Source of the DNA: Nitrosopumilaceae archaeon
GTDB lineage: Archaea; Thermoproteota; Nitrososphaeria; Nitrososphaerales; Nitrosopumilaceae
Reading direction: 5' to 3'
Assembly (NCBI GenBank): GCA_965208905.1
Contig: OZ242365.1
Coordinates: 1,792,001-1,856,000 of the forward strand
Length of the DNA: 64,000 nucleotides
Shown here: one piece after another, positions 21,137 through 31,777 of the stretch
Layout of the letters: each line of letters starts with the position of its first letter
Position numbering within the stretch: position 1 is the stretch's first letter
Translations under genes and position numbers: made by a program
Notes under the pieces: model-generated
Database searches by the model: none
The model's input: only the letters and a program-made list of their open reading frames with translations
Told to the model about the DNA's origin: nothing

Positions 21137-21361
21137 GACTGTGGGCAAAAATCAACTATGAAGGCTTGTATAATGACCTAGCTGTATCTGCACTTTTTGA
21201 TATATCCATCATCAATGAACCATCAGGTTGGAGATATCTGCGTTTATGACCTTCATGTGTAGTTTGGGCTGGACCCAGCATTTTGTTACCGTTTCACCTT
21301 ATACTTCAGTGGTGAGTAGTACAGCAGAATCTTAAAAAGTGCTTGCGGAACAAAAATTCTA

Positions 21362-22231
21362 TTGGACTATGATTCGCTACATGACTTTATCAAACACAGG
21401 ATGAGGATGACTCACATCTATCAACCTGTGATGATCAAGACGTTGCTGCAACGGGAAGGTCGGGCAAGAACTGAGGATATTGCGAGAGCATTTCTTAATA
21501 CTGATACATCACAATTAGAGTACTACAAAACTATTACAAAACGCTGGCCGCACCAGACACTCAAGAAACATGGCATCATATCCTATCATCGTGAAGAGTA
21601 TACACTACTATTGAATGATATAACCCGAAAGGAGCGAGAGCGCCTCATTGATCTCTGCGAGCTGCGCATACAAGAGTTTATAGACAAGGATCCATGGATA
21701 CGAAATATTCGCAAGCTGGACAACAGTGCGATTCAGGGATCCATGAGGTATGACGTACTAGCTAGATACCGAGGGTTGTGTGCGGCTTGTGGTGCCAGTG
21801 GCACGACTACTCTGTTAGATGTGGATCACATCATACCCAGAAGCATGGGCGGGCCTACCATACTGGAGAATCTACAGGTTCTCTGTCAGCGTTGCAACAG
21901 GGAGAAACGCAACAGAGATGAGACTGACTTTGTGCTGTGGCATAACCGCCTAAAGTTTAGAAGAAAGGGGTGTCAGTTGTGTGATCCAAAAAACATAATG
22001 GCTGAGAACCACATGGCCAGCGCCATTGCTGTAGGCCAACATATAGTAGTGCTACCTAAAAGGCATGTGAGCTCTTTTTTTGAGATGTTGCTACCAGAGC
22101 GCAATCTCTGCTTCGCACTGGCAGACTCGGTTTTGTCCAAATCTGGTAAAACTGCATCCAAGATAACCATCGACCCAATTCCGCAGGATGGTGATATGCA
22201 CCACTGCCATATTGGAATAATAACTACATAG
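21362..22231 (+). CDS. HNH endonuclease with N-terminal helical domain and C-terminal degenerate HIT-like domain
   Basis: CAACG..LDVDHIIPRSMGG...NLQVLCQRCNREK; C-terminal CQLC...H.VVLPKRHV.SFFE...MHHCHI. Confidence 0.8.
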   Translation: MDYDSLHDFIKHRMRMTHIYQPVMIKTLLQREGRARTEDIARAFLNTDTSQLEYYKTITKRWPHQTLKKHGIISYHREEYTLLLNDITRKERERLIDLCELRIQEFIDKDPWIRNIRKLDNSAIQGSMRYDVLARYRGLCAACGASGTTTLLDVDHIIPRSMGGPTILENLQVLCQRCNREKRNRDETDFVLWHNRLKFRRKGCQLCDPKNIMAENHMASAIAVGQHIVVLPKRHVSSFFEMLLPERNLCFALADSVLSKSGKTASKITIDPIPQDGDMHHCHIGIITT

Positions 22232-22608
22232 AATTATGGTGTACAGTCTCTTGATGAGCACGCCCATCTAATCATTTATTGATGTCTAAAATTCGTTATA
22301 CATATGATCATCATGTTCGGATATGCAGAGGGTCTACATCAAACTCAGATTAATAATGATGTATCATACTTTTGCGCAAGTGACTTGATACATAATATGT
22401 TGCGCTGTTTGATCTGAACTGGTGCATTAACGGTGCCGAGAATAAATGGCGCTTGAGTGCCGCACCAACCTACATTCCTACTCTGCTGAAACACCTGTGT
22501 TCCCGCCCCACAGTACGACTGTGAGGCGGCCGCCATCTCCACTCTAAGTCACTTTTTCTAGGTTGCATATTTTTGCCACCTTGTTTTGACAGTTTACTTT
22601 TTATCTTG

Positions 22609-23619
22609 ATGGGAGAAAATAATGAGGTGGAATTCAGTAAGGTGGAGCCGGCCTACACCTCAAGGCACGGATGCAGGCTCGTGTGGCAAGGGGCCAACGA
22701 AGACGACTCCGACACTGTCATCCTGAACCGGGATGAGTTAGATTCCCTTGTAGATATTCTACAAAAAGACTCGACGGGGACCGTGGTACTGGAGGACCGA
22801 ATCAGCAAGATCCTTGTTAATTCAGATGTCACCCAGTTTTCCTTGCAGGGACACAAGTTGCTTGAGGCAGATACACTTCAGCTCCAAAAACAAGTGCTTG
22901 AATATGCCAAAATCCCGCACGAACCGCAGTACGTCTACATCAACTCAAAACAGTTCTACCCTTCGGTCTGGATGAGGAGGGAGGATGGAGAGGGAAAAGG
23001 AGAGACACGGCAGCCTGGAGACGGCTCTGGAGGACAGGCCGCCAGGCAATCTCTGCTGGACACCATACTCTGTTCAGAACCGAAAAAGACAGACATGCCG
23101 CGCCCAGAGTCTGATGTCTTTAGGATATTCGCAACGAGGAGATCCACAAGAAAGTTTGCAAAGATCAAGGTGGAGGACTGGAAGATTGACAAGATATTGG
23201 CCGCAGCAGACACCGCGCCCACCGCGGGAAATTTTCAGGGCCTGAAAATATTTTATATAAAAAATGGCAAGACAAAGGAGGCTCTCGTAGAGGCTGCCAA
23301 CAAGCAGTCATACGTCAATGCGCCGGTAGTGCTTGTATTCTGCATGGATCCGGCGCGGGTCAAGCTAAAGTTTCCCAAAGATATTCTGGAAAAATTCTCC
23401 ATCCAAGACGCGACGCTTGCAGCATCGCATGCGTTGATTGCGGCGGCGGGGCTGGGGTTGAGCTCAATCTGGATCGGAATGATCGACGAAGAAAAGGTAA
23501 AGTCGATCCTTGGGACCAAGTTAAGACCGTCTTCGATTCTTTGCATCGGGTATCCGGACAAGAAAAAGCCCCCAAAATCGAGGCGAAAACTGAAGGAATT
23601 AATTGAGGTTATAGAGTAG
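22609..23619 (+). CDS. Nitroreductase-family protein with extra N-terminal domain
   Basis: RRSTRKF, APTAGNFQ, QDATLA, GLSSIWIG, IGYP. Confidence 0.85.
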   Translation: MGENNEVEFSKVEPAYTSRHGCRLVWQGANEDDSDTVILNRDELDSLVDILQKDSTGTVVLEDRISKILVNSDVTQFSLQGHKLLEADTLQLQKQVLEYAKIPHEPQYVYINSKQFYPSVWMRREDGEGKGETRQPGDGSGGQAARQSLLDTILCSEPKKTDMPRPESDVFRIFATRRSTRKFAKIKVEDWKIDKILAAADTAPTAGNFQGLKIFYIKNGKTKEALVEAANKQSYVNAPVVLVFCMDPARVKLKFPKDILEKFSIQDATLAASHALIAAAGLGLSSIWIGMIDEEKVKSILGTKLRPSSILCIGYPDKKKPPKSRRKLKELIEVIE

Positions 23620-24400
23620 GTAGACCCAGCCCGCAAAGCCGGACGCTGCATAGTGCCGGTTATGAAACATGCCGACTGCAATCCGCTTCCTGATTTTTAT
23701 TCAGATAGTTTCCATGCATTTCCATGAATGATATAACTGACTAGACCGTAGATTATGTCTTGTATATTGCCTCTAGAGGCTGACTACCCAGTTCAAACTA
23801 CTTGAAAATTCCTCCATTCCCACTAAACTTGCAACATTCGTATCCCAAATGTTGAGGATATCTGATCTGGCCGTATCTGCCGTCTCATTGGCGCTTTGGC
23901 GGCATCAAAATGAGCGACAATGAAGCCGTATGGCGCATGGCCGGCTACATGATCAAGCCTGCCCTCGAATAGAGCCAGAACCGGACCATGACGTGCTATC
24001 CAAGTCGACGGGACGCCGCGGCACGGCCCGCACGGGGCGAAAACGTGGGTTGATGACCTGTGTTTTCACTCTGCCCAAATCATCTGCGTTTCCACTCTGC
24101 ATGCTTGATTGTGTCAGGCCTCAATTCCCACTTCAAGTGCCGTTAATACGCCCGTTCAGTTTGACCATATATTATGTACAATGACGATCTTTACCAATTT
24201 TTATTTTTGTATTTAAAATTACAAAATTCTGTGTCTGAAAAATACGATCAAAAATAATAATTATTCTAGTGTAAGGGAATACGCTCCAGTGAAACGATAA
24301 ATTATCATATGGTGAATAAAAGATAAATTATAGTAAGTAGTATTAAACATAACACAATGATGGTGTGTATGTTTTAAATGAATGGCATTAGTGCTCAAGC

Positions 24401-25675
24401 GTGGGGATCGATGTGGTAGATCTGTGGGTAGAGATAGTGGGCCTTGCTGCACTCATAGGACTATCGTCTTTTTTTAGTGGCTTGGAGGTGGCATTAGTGG
24501 GAACAAGAGATGCCAAGGTGAACCAGCTACGACAGAAGAAGATACGTGGTGCCGAGTCATTGTACAAACTAAAGTCTAACCCGGGTTGGATGATGGCTAG
24601 CGTCAATCTGGGAAATAATTTGGCAAATGTAGGCTCATCGGCCTTGGCCACAAGTGTAGCGTTGCGTATCTTTGGAGATGATGGCCTAGCCATTGCAATT
24701 GGTATAATGACACTACTCATATTGATATTTGGTGAGATCACACCAAAGACGTACTGTAACGCCAATTCTACCAAAGTGGCGTTAAGATTTGCTGGTGTTT
24801 TGTTGGTGTTTAGTTATGCGTTTTGGCCTGTTGTAAAGATGTTTGAGTTCATAACTAGATTTATGGTTAGACTGACCGGAAGTAGTTACCGCGCACCACC
24901 AATCACTGAAGATGAGATACGGGGCATTGTTGAGCAGGGACTAAAGGATAAGGCTTTAGAGAAGGAAGAGACAGAATTGGTTCATGGCGCCCTACTCTTT
25001 GATGATATCACAGTACAAGGTATTATGACTCCTAGAACCAAACTATTCTCACTGTCTACCAGAACACTACTCATAGATGCACTGCCACAGATAAACCACT
25101 CAACACACTCTCGAGTTCCCATATATGATAAAAACCCAGACGATATAGTTGGATTTGTACACGTGAAGGATATCTTAGTCGCAGTGGAAGAGAACTACAA
25201 AGTCAAGACGCTAGGTGAGATTGCACGAAAACCCGTCTTTGTATCACAGGAGAAGAAGGTCAGCTCCTTACTCAAAGAGATGAAGACTCACAAAATACAC
25301 ATTGCAATTGTAATAGATGAGCATGGTGGTGTAGATGGAATAGTCACACTTGAGGACCTTATAGAGACCATAGTGGGCGATATAGAGGATGAGACCGACA
25401 TGACTCAAGCTGAATCATACGAGATAATTGACAAACACACCATTGTGAGTAGCGGCGATATCCGAATATCCAAGATTAATGATATAATGAACACGTCCAT
25501 TCCCGAAGATGCCAACCATGTAACACTGAACGGAATTCTTCATAAAAAATTAAATGATATACCCAAAGCAGGTGACAGTATCAAGGTGAATGATGTGACC
25601 ATAAATGTAGAAAAGGTCACAAATAACAAGGCTGTAAGGCTACGTGTATCTAAACATCAAGCCGGCGCAAAATGA
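24401..25675 (+). CDS. CNNM/CorC-HlyC hemolysin-family membrane protein (DUF21-CBS-CorC)
   Basis: FFSGLEVAL, GNNLANV, FGEITPK, IMTPR, DEHGGVDGIVTLEDLIE. Confidence 0.92.
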   Translation: MGIDVVDLWVEIVGLAALIGLSSFFSGLEVALVGTRDAKVNQLRQKKIRGAESLYKLKSNPGWMMASVNLGNNLANVGSSALATSVALRIFGDDGLAIAIGIMTLLILIFGEITPKTYCNANSTKVALRFAGVLLVFSYAFWPVVKMFEFITRFMVRLTGSSYRAPPITEDEIRGIVEQGLKDKALEKEETELVHGALLFDDITVQGIMTPRTKLFSLSTRTLLIDALPQINHSTHSRVPIYDKNPDDIVGFVHVKDILVAVEENYKVKTLGEIARKPVFVSQEKKVSSLLKEMKTHKIHIAIVIDEHGGVDGIVTLEDLIETIVGDIEDETDMTQAESYEIIDKHTIVSSGDIRISKINDIMNTSIPEDANHVTLNGILHKKLNDIPKAGDSIKVNDVTINVEKVTNNKAVRLRVSKHQAGAK

Positions 25676-26697
25676 CGCTCCAGAATATGTTTACGCTGTT
25701 CCATATGAAAGAGTGATTCGGTGTGACGTACAGCATCTTTGTATGGCCTCTGCAGCATCATTGCTTGTAGCAGCATGTGATTTTCGGGTATCACTATACC
25801 GGTCTGGTCATCCGAATATGCTATTTGGACTGTATCTCCTCTGGATGCAGACATCTCTGTGTGTATGTGTACCATGTTTGTATCGGTAAAATTATACTTC
25901 ATTGTATTGGCAAAGTCTCTTATCTGTTTTGTATCGGCGGCGCCATGCAGTACAGCCACACCCTTCTCGGCAGCAAACAGTCTGTGAATATCATCTGTGG
26001 ATGGTGCTTCGCCCTGAAAACGTATATCCATTATGTGTAAGTGCATCTGCCTGGTGGGCACCTTTACGGATCGTACATACAGAGGTATCTCGTCCCCTAG
26101 ATATACACGGGCATCATCGGCATGATGTGGATTTGGTGTCAACTGTATTGTATCGGGGAACGACTTTGATGTCTGCTCAATGTCGGCCCAACGACGTATC
26201 AGTGTTATGTCTAGCCGTTTTATATCGTTGGTGTATCTCTCCCGGAGCGGTTCAATTATGCGTCCCAAACCCGTAACATTACAGCTACCCTGTATTGCAT
26301 CACGGCGCCCCAATGCCTCATCATAATTTACCCGAGAGTTGAATATGAAACTTGATACTGATTCAGAGCCAAACGCTGATTCGCCCCCCTGATATATCAC
26401 GCCCACATCATGTTTCTTGTAAACTTCTTTGTTGCGCAGACCTTGACCTCCCGGCGAGGCATCTATGACTATATCTGCCATATTCAGCGCAGACTGTATA
26501 TCTCCTGCTGCCTTACCGTTGAATTTCGATATGCTGCCATGCGGTACATAGACATCCAACCCTGACGATACAGCTCTATCGACTCCCGCATCTGGTGAGT
26601 ACTTTCCTACACCTACAACATCTATCTCTGGGTCATCCTGCAGAAAAGAGGCTATTCTACTTCCAATAGAGCCATATCCATTAACAAATACCCTCAT
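25657..26697 (-). CDS. gap: Archaeal type II glyceraldehyde-3-phosphate dehydrogenase
   Basis: VNGYGSIGSR, YQGGE, GSCNVTGL, RRWAD, IVIPEN. Confidence 0.88.
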   Translation of the reverse strand: MRVFVNGYGSIGSRIASFLQDDPEIDVVGVGKYSPDAGVDRAVSSGLDVYVPHGSISKFNGKAAGDIQSALNMADIVIDASPGGQGLRNKEVYKKHDVGVIYQGGESAFGSESVSSFIFNSRVNYDEALGRRDAIQGSCNVTGLGRIIEPLRERYTNDIKRLDITLIRRWADIEQTSKSFPDTIQLTPNPHHADDARVYLGDEIPLYVRSVKVPTRQMHLHIMDIRFQGEAPSTDDIHRLFAAEKGVAVLHGAADTKQIRDFANTMKYNFTDTNMVHIHTEMSASRGDTVQIAYSDDQTGIVIPENHMLLQAMMLQRPYKDAVRHTESLFHMEQRKHILERHFAPA

Positions 26698-27070
26698 TAT
26701 ATTCACTGCAAGGAATTGTACATTTAAGTGAAATGCCAAACTTTCATTGATCATACACCTCTTCAGAATAATCTGTAATCCCCCACTACTCCCATGAGTT
26801 GTGCGGTATATGGTTCTGTGTGGTGTGTGTCTCCCTGAATCTAGCGATCATATCTGTAAATGGAGATTTCCTGCCTTGTACTGTCGACACCCAGAGTTGA
26901 TACCGATATTACAAGTGACAATATCTACACATATTGCCTACAGCCCAAATCCTGATGAACCTTGCATCTGAAATGCTGTGCAGTATGCTGAATTTGGACT
27001 ATTGTCGCATTCCCTATCTCGCCTACAGAAGTCACAATATATAGTGCCATTATCTGTTGTTATATCAAGT

Positions 27071-27143
27071 GGCCTCCGTCGTATAGTGGCTAGTATAGGG
27101 GACTGTGGATCCCCGGACAGGGGTTCGATTCCCCTCGGAGGCC
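27071..27143 (+). tRNA. tRNA-His(GUG) with encoded G-1
   Basis: Acceptor GCCTCCG/CGGAGGC; anticodon arm GGGGA-CTGTGGA-TCCCC; T-loop GGTTCGATTCC. Confidence 0.95.
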
Positions 27144-27150
27144 TACACTA

Positions 27151-27498
27151 TTAAAATAGACCATACTTTGAGGACTCCATCTCTTCTTTTATGGCCAACT
27201 TAAAACGTGGCACTTGGTTCTTTATACGTGATTCCAGCCAATTTAGGAATTTTTTGTCATCGCCTTTACCCTTTAATGTGTTAAATGATGGACCCATCTG
27301 ATCTTTTAGTTTTAATATCAGAGATCTATCCACACTGGCCACAAAAAAGTGCCAACCCAGGGCAAACTGTGAATCGGTCACAACAAAACTGTCATAGTCA
27401 TGGACCATCTCTTCAAGTAGTGTTAGCTGGTGTATCAGGGCACGGCTGACTTTGTCATAGTCTATGGCTGAGACGTTGATGTTTAGTCTGCCTTCCAT
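27151..27498 (-). CDS. Conserved thaumarchaeal hypothetical protein
   Basis: Clean ORF in an operon-like run; protein-like composition. Confidence 0.7.
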   Translation of the reverse strand: MEGRLNINVSAIDYDKVSRALIHQLTLLEEMVHDYDSFVVTDSQFALGWHFFVASVDRSLILKLKDQMGPSFNTLKGKGDDKKFLNWLESRIKNQVPRFKLAIKEEMESSKYGLF

Positions 27499-27531
27499 AA
27501 TGATATCGTATGACAGCACTAAAAGATAAAT

Positions 27532-28275
27532 CTACGGGTTATAGTGCCCAAAATCTATACCAAAAAATCTACTCATAATTGTAGTGTATGTGCTCACCGA
27601 TTCAGGTATGTTGTCTTCGCATGTTACACCCAGCGAATAAGCAGAGTACCATATTGTAAGAGCTTGTAGTATTGTCAAAAATCGATCATTTTGAGCATCT
27701 TCGGGTTGAAGTGCCTTTGTGTAACGCTCGGCGTACTCCCACGCAGTCCCATAACTGATACATGACACACCAAAGACGGCTTGTATTTGAGACTTTATGT
27801 CTGGTGCACTGCGCAGTGGAGTCACATTAAGTACAAATGGAAATTGAACTGAATTCGGAAGGCAGCCCGGGAGAGGACCCCATATGGTAATTATGCGAAC
27901 ATTATCATCTAACTTTGAAAATCGTTGGGGCATGACATGGGTTATACTTGGGTCGGCAAACCAAAACAAAATTACATCTGAAGATGGAATGTCACACCAT
28001 CGTACATCTCCCACACGAACATCTGCATCATCACCCAGTGTGCGGCCAGCCTCCTGTACGCGAGATTCGTTGATATCCACACCGCATACATGAGCTCCGT
28101 ACTGTTTGGCTATCTGTAATGCATAACCAGAACCACATCCCAGATGGCAGAAGGTCTCGCCAGACTTTAGTTTGGCAAAGTTCAGTAGACGATGTATAGT
28201 TTTGTCCGGGAGCGATACATCATCTCCACTCATTATGTTCTTTGGCAGTGTGGCTATGTACTGATCAACATTCAC
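27532..28275 (-). CDS. Class I SAM-dependent methyltransferase
   Basis: HLGCGSG motif I, GVDIN; GTG start coupled to the upstream stop. Confidence 0.82.
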   Translation of the reverse strand: MNVDQYIATLPKNIMSGDDVSLPDKTIHRLLNFAKLKSGETFCHLGCGSGYALQIAKQYGAHVCGVDINESRVQEAGRTLGDDADVRVGDVRWCDIPSSDVILFWFADPSITHVMPQRFSKLDDNVRIITIWGPLPGCLPNSVQFPFVLNVTPLRSAPDIKSQIQAVFGVSCISYGTAWEYAERYTKALQPEDAQNDRFLTILQALTIWYSAYSLGVTCEDNIPESVSTYTTIMSRFFGIDFGHYNP

Positions 28276-28535
28276 TCTCGAATGGCCTCCAGTTTGGAGA
28301 CTGCTTGCCACAACTGGATTCTCACATATGATGGCAGATTGGGGTCTTGAGTTATGTCATCCAACTGACTTATGGCATTTGCAGCACGTACAGAAATGGA
28401 GTACTCTGTAGTGTTCAGTTCTGATAATAGATCAGTTAGGGACTTTTTTACTGTCTTGGGCGTGGATGGGTTCTTTGCTATTTGATCCAGAGTGTCTATT
28501 CCTTCTTGCATAGAGACGCGGTTCCTCTCGGACAA
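28272..28535 (-). CDS. UPF0147 family protein
   Basis: SVRAANAISQLDDITQDPNLPSYVRIQLWQAVSKLE; start codon uncertain. Confidence 0.88.
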   Translation of the reverse strand: MSERNRVSMQEGIDTLDQIAKNPSTPKTVKKSLTDLLSELNTTEYSISVRAANAISQLDDITQDPNLPSYVRIQLWQAVSKLEAIRE

Positions 28536-28536
28536 C

Positions 28537-28848
28537 TCATAACACCTCCACGTATATGTTACCATCTTCTTCATGTATGGTATATGGTGTTAGATCACGT
28601 ATTGGGGCTGGAAATTTTGCCAACTTGCCAGTGGTACAATCAAACTCGGCACCATGCCACCCACAAACCAGGTTATCTCCATCAATCTTACCTTCTGCCA
28701 AACTAGCTCCAGCATGAGTGCAGGTGTCATCGACTGCATAATATTTGCCATTAATATTGACTATGGCGATATCGCGACCATCAAGAGTCACCTGATTTAT
28801 ACTTCCTTCCGGGAAGTCTGATGCGGATCCTGCGAATATCTTTCCCAT
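28537..28848 (-). CDS. Rieske (2Fe-2S) ferredoxin
   Basis: CTH...CGWHGAEFD. Confidence 0.92.
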   Translation of the reverse strand: MGKIFAGSASDFPEGSINQVTLDGRDIAIVNINGKYYAVDDTCTHAGASLAEGKIDGDNLVCGWHGAEFDCTTGKLAKFPAPIRDLTPYTIHEEDGNIYVEVL

Positions 28849-29291
28849 GGAATTATTCAAATAAGCATTCTTAATATTTATTTAGGTAGTTTTTGCTGTG
28901 TCGCACAGAGATAAGCCTCCCAATTGCCTAATTTGGCACCAACAAGTATTTAGCTCCCTAATTAGAAATACCGTCTATGGATAAAGATGCGATCAACTAG
29001 GCATACGACCTATTGTGTAGTATCGCATCACAATGGTCCTGTTTGTCGTCATAACGATTGTGGGTATACTGTATATGCCACACCGTCTCAAGTAGTCGGT
29101 AAGCGGCGTTCACAGATGCCCACCGCGGTCCTGTGGGTGGGGCATAAGGCCCGGTATGTTGAGGGGTATTTACCTGTAGGACATACCCTGAATAGGTATA
29201 ACATTTTTAACTATCTGATACCGTATGATACCATGTCGTACAAAGATAACAAGCATGTCATAAAGACACTACGATATAGGAGCGATAAACC

Positions 29292-29906
29292 ATGATGTGG
29301 TTCAAAGTTCATACAAAACCTAAACTGCCGTGTGGCACAAGACATGAAAAACAAGAAGCAATTTCAGTGTTTTTTGACAAGTTAAAGAGGCGTTATGGTG
29401 AAAATTGGGAGGATCATATATCGAAATTCACGCCATACATTATGGAGTCCACCACACGCAAGTCAGTTATGTACTCACATAGTTGGTTAACGGGGGCCTC
29501 AACAATCACCATGATTGAACCGCCCATTGCAAAACGTGAAAAATTAACTCTCCAATATAGACAATCACCATTTGGACCAGAAGAATTTGGAACGTATAGA
29601 TATATCACCGTACGTTGTACGCCAGAACTTGTTAGTTGGGCAATGGATTATATCGATTTCTCTATTGCTGACAATCCACATTATAATGGATTAGTAGATT
29701 GTTTGGACTTAAATTTGCGGGACAATGGATGGATGGATATTGCTGAGTATTTGCGGGACAATGGCAAGATTATCGCCGAATATACGGCGAAAAGAAAGAG
29801 AGACAAGAAGGGCAAATATTGGTCAATGGGAGGGTACAGGTTTTATGCCCACACCCCAGATCAGGAAAACGTTTGGGATTGGGGGGTCAAACCGGCGATG
29901 CGCTAA
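29292..29906 (+). CDS. Orphan hypothetical protein
   Basis: 204-aa ORF with internal repeat LRDNGWMDIAEY/LRDNGKIIAEY; no family recognised. Confidence 0.6.
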   Translation: MMWFKVHTKPKLPCGTRHEKQEAISVFFDKLKRRYGENWEDHISKFTPYIMESTTRKSVMYSHSWLTGASTITMIEPPIAKREKLTLQYRQSPFGPEEFGTYRYITVRCTPELVSWAMDYIDFSIADNPHYNGLVDCLDLNLRDNGWMDIAEYLRDNGKIIAEYTAKRKRDKKGKYWSMGGYRFYAHTPDQENVWDWGVKPAMR

Positions 29907-29938
29907 TGACATGGTTTACAGTTGTTACAGAAGGCGGC

Positions 29939-30060
29939 ATGAACTCCGCCGCCCAAAAGGCTAGTAAAGATATGTTCGATTAAGTTTTGAACTCCTCATG
30001 AGGCGGCGTTTTGGCCCAGCAACATCATAGTGGTGAGACAGCCAACAGATGCATGGCAGT
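29939..30060 (-). mobile_element. IS200/IS605 right-end/omegaRNA-like relic
   Basis: Minus strand ...gccttttgggcggcggagttca; shares motifs with 46633-46652 and 10870-10900. Confidence 0.3.
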
Positions 30061-30115
30061 TCAGTGAACTTGAATATGTAATTCCCAAAAAAAATATGAT
30101 ACAAAAACTGTATGA

Positions 30116-31777
30116 TCATTTATGCGCAAAGACGGCTTGTTTTGCAGACTCTTTGCGCGCATAGCCGAATCGAACAAACTGTATCATGGTATAGTCGGGT
30201 ATGGTGGTAAAATGCGGTTCAACCATGCAAGAGAAGACTTTCAGACTGTCCACATCAAACTCTTCACCCGTAAATGGTGGCCGCGGTACGATAAGTTGTA
30301 TTGGTGTGGCACCAGAGACAGGAACCCAATGTATGCGAGGCACATCACTATGTGATGTATCTGACTGCATGGTTATTGTGCGATTTGTTGCATCTATACG
30401 AGCTACACCTAAACCCATCAACAAGACCGTACTGTTGTCGGCCACATCCAAGGCATTCAACATTATGCCATCAGCTGGATTCAACTCTCTGTTGTTATGC
30501 TTTGAACCGGGCAGATCCGGCAGGTGTACTGTCTCTGCTGTATTGGTGATAGAAAATGTCATATAATCTTGAACCATGTGTAGCCGGATAGACTCTGCAT
30601 CTATTATGCTACGATTGTAGGACTCTAATGTTTCAAACGGTGCCACCGTATCAGACTTTGTAAATCCCAAAGATAGTATGAATTTGCGTATGGCTTCGGG
30701 TCTAATTCCTCGCCGCCTAAGACCGGCCAGTGTGGGCAGGCGGGGATCATCATAACTAGATATTTGGCCTCTCTCCAAGAGTGGCTTTATCAGTCTCTTG
30801 GAGACTGGCATGTCTTTTAGCGCCAGCCTAGAGAATACAGTCATGTGAGACCTGCGCAGCCCCAATGAATCCTGTATCGAGTTGTATAGCGTATTGCGCA
30901 TCTCATACTCCTTGGAACGTAATGCATGTGTAACGCCATCAATACTGTCTTCGACAGATATGGCCAAATCATAACTGGGCCACGTTCTATACTTGGTACC
31001 TAGTAGCGGGTGTTTATCATGTATGATGCGAAAGAGTACGGGATCTCGCATGGTGGTGTTATCCGAAGTCATATCTCCACGATATCTGAGGACCGCCCTG
31101 CCAGGCTTGTATTTGGTCTGCATCTTACACCAACGGATATAGTTCTCTTCGGGTGTTATACGACTACACGGGCACGATATTTTGTTTCGACGGTTTTCAG
31201 AAGCCTTTTCACGACTACATTCACAGACATATGCCATACCCTTATGGATTAGTTCGGCAGCTTTGTTGTGTAGTAGTTCGATATCATCTGAGGTGTTCTT
31301 TACACTGGAGAATGAGACTCCCAGCCATTCAAGACCCACCTTTATGGCGGCGTAAAACTCCAACCGTTCCGCGGTAGGATTGGTGTCATCCATGCGCAGT
31401 ATCAATTTACCACCATACATCTTTGCATACTCATCATTTATGATGGCTGCCTTGGCGTGTCCTATGTGGGGATAGCCATTGGGTTCTGGCGGGAAACGTA
31501 ATGTTACATTACCATGTGTGGCACCTGGCAGTGGAGGCAATGATAATTTTTTGGTGTGTGTTTTACGAGCAGGTTTAAACTCCGTTAATTGAGATGAGTC
31601 CATACTGTTTACCTCCTGTACTATATGCTGTACTGTATCCATTATTTCCGCAGCACTGCGTCGCAAATCTGGACGGGCCCCCATCAATTTAGCCAAGACT
31701 ATCTTTGCTGTGGTAGAACCATGTGTTGCAGCACTACTTAGTGCTATTCTACGAATATCGTCTTCTGCACCATCCAA
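30116..31777 (-). CDS. gltX: Glutamate--tRNA ligase
   Basis: RFPPEPNGYPHIGH, RMDDTNP, GVTHALRSKE, QFVRFGY. Confidence 0.95.
   Translation of the reverse strand: MDGAEDDIRRIALSSAATHGSTTAKIVLAKLMGARPDLRRSAAEIMDTVQHIVQEVNSMDSSQLTEFKPARKTHTKKLSLPPLPGATHGNVTLRFPPEPNGYPHIGHAKAAIINDEYAKMYGGKLILRMDDTNPTAERLEFYAAIKVGLEWLGVSFSSVKNTSDDIELLHNKAAELIHKGMAYVCECSREKASENRRNKISCPCSRITPEENYIRWCKMQTKYKPGRAVLRYRGDMTSDNTTMRDPVLFRIIHDKHPLLGTKYRTWPSYDLAISVEDSIDGVTHALRSKEYEMRNTLYNSIQDSLGLRRSHMTVFSRLALKDMPVSKRLIKPLLERGQISSYDDPRLPTLAGLRRRGIRPEAIRKFILSLGFTKSDTVAPFETLESYNRSIIDAESIRLHMVQDYMTFSITNTAETVHLPDLPGSKHNNRELNPADGIMLNALDVADNSTVLLMGLGVARIDATNRTITMQSDTSHSDVPRIHWVPVSGATPIQLIVPRPPFTGEEFDVDSLKVFSCMVEPHFTTIPDYTMIQFVRFGYARKESAKQAVFAHK

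Noticed and set aside
22520-22535. GCGGCCGC site as a clue to the NotI-like enzyme's specificity
   Set aside because: A single site is uninformative, and family members need not share NotI specificity.
26700-27060. Possible decayed cupin gene upstream of gap
   Set aside because: Resemblance too weak to support.
28880-28962. Tiny MITE (ttaggtag...ctccctaa)
   Set aside because: IR short and imperfect; no second copy seen.
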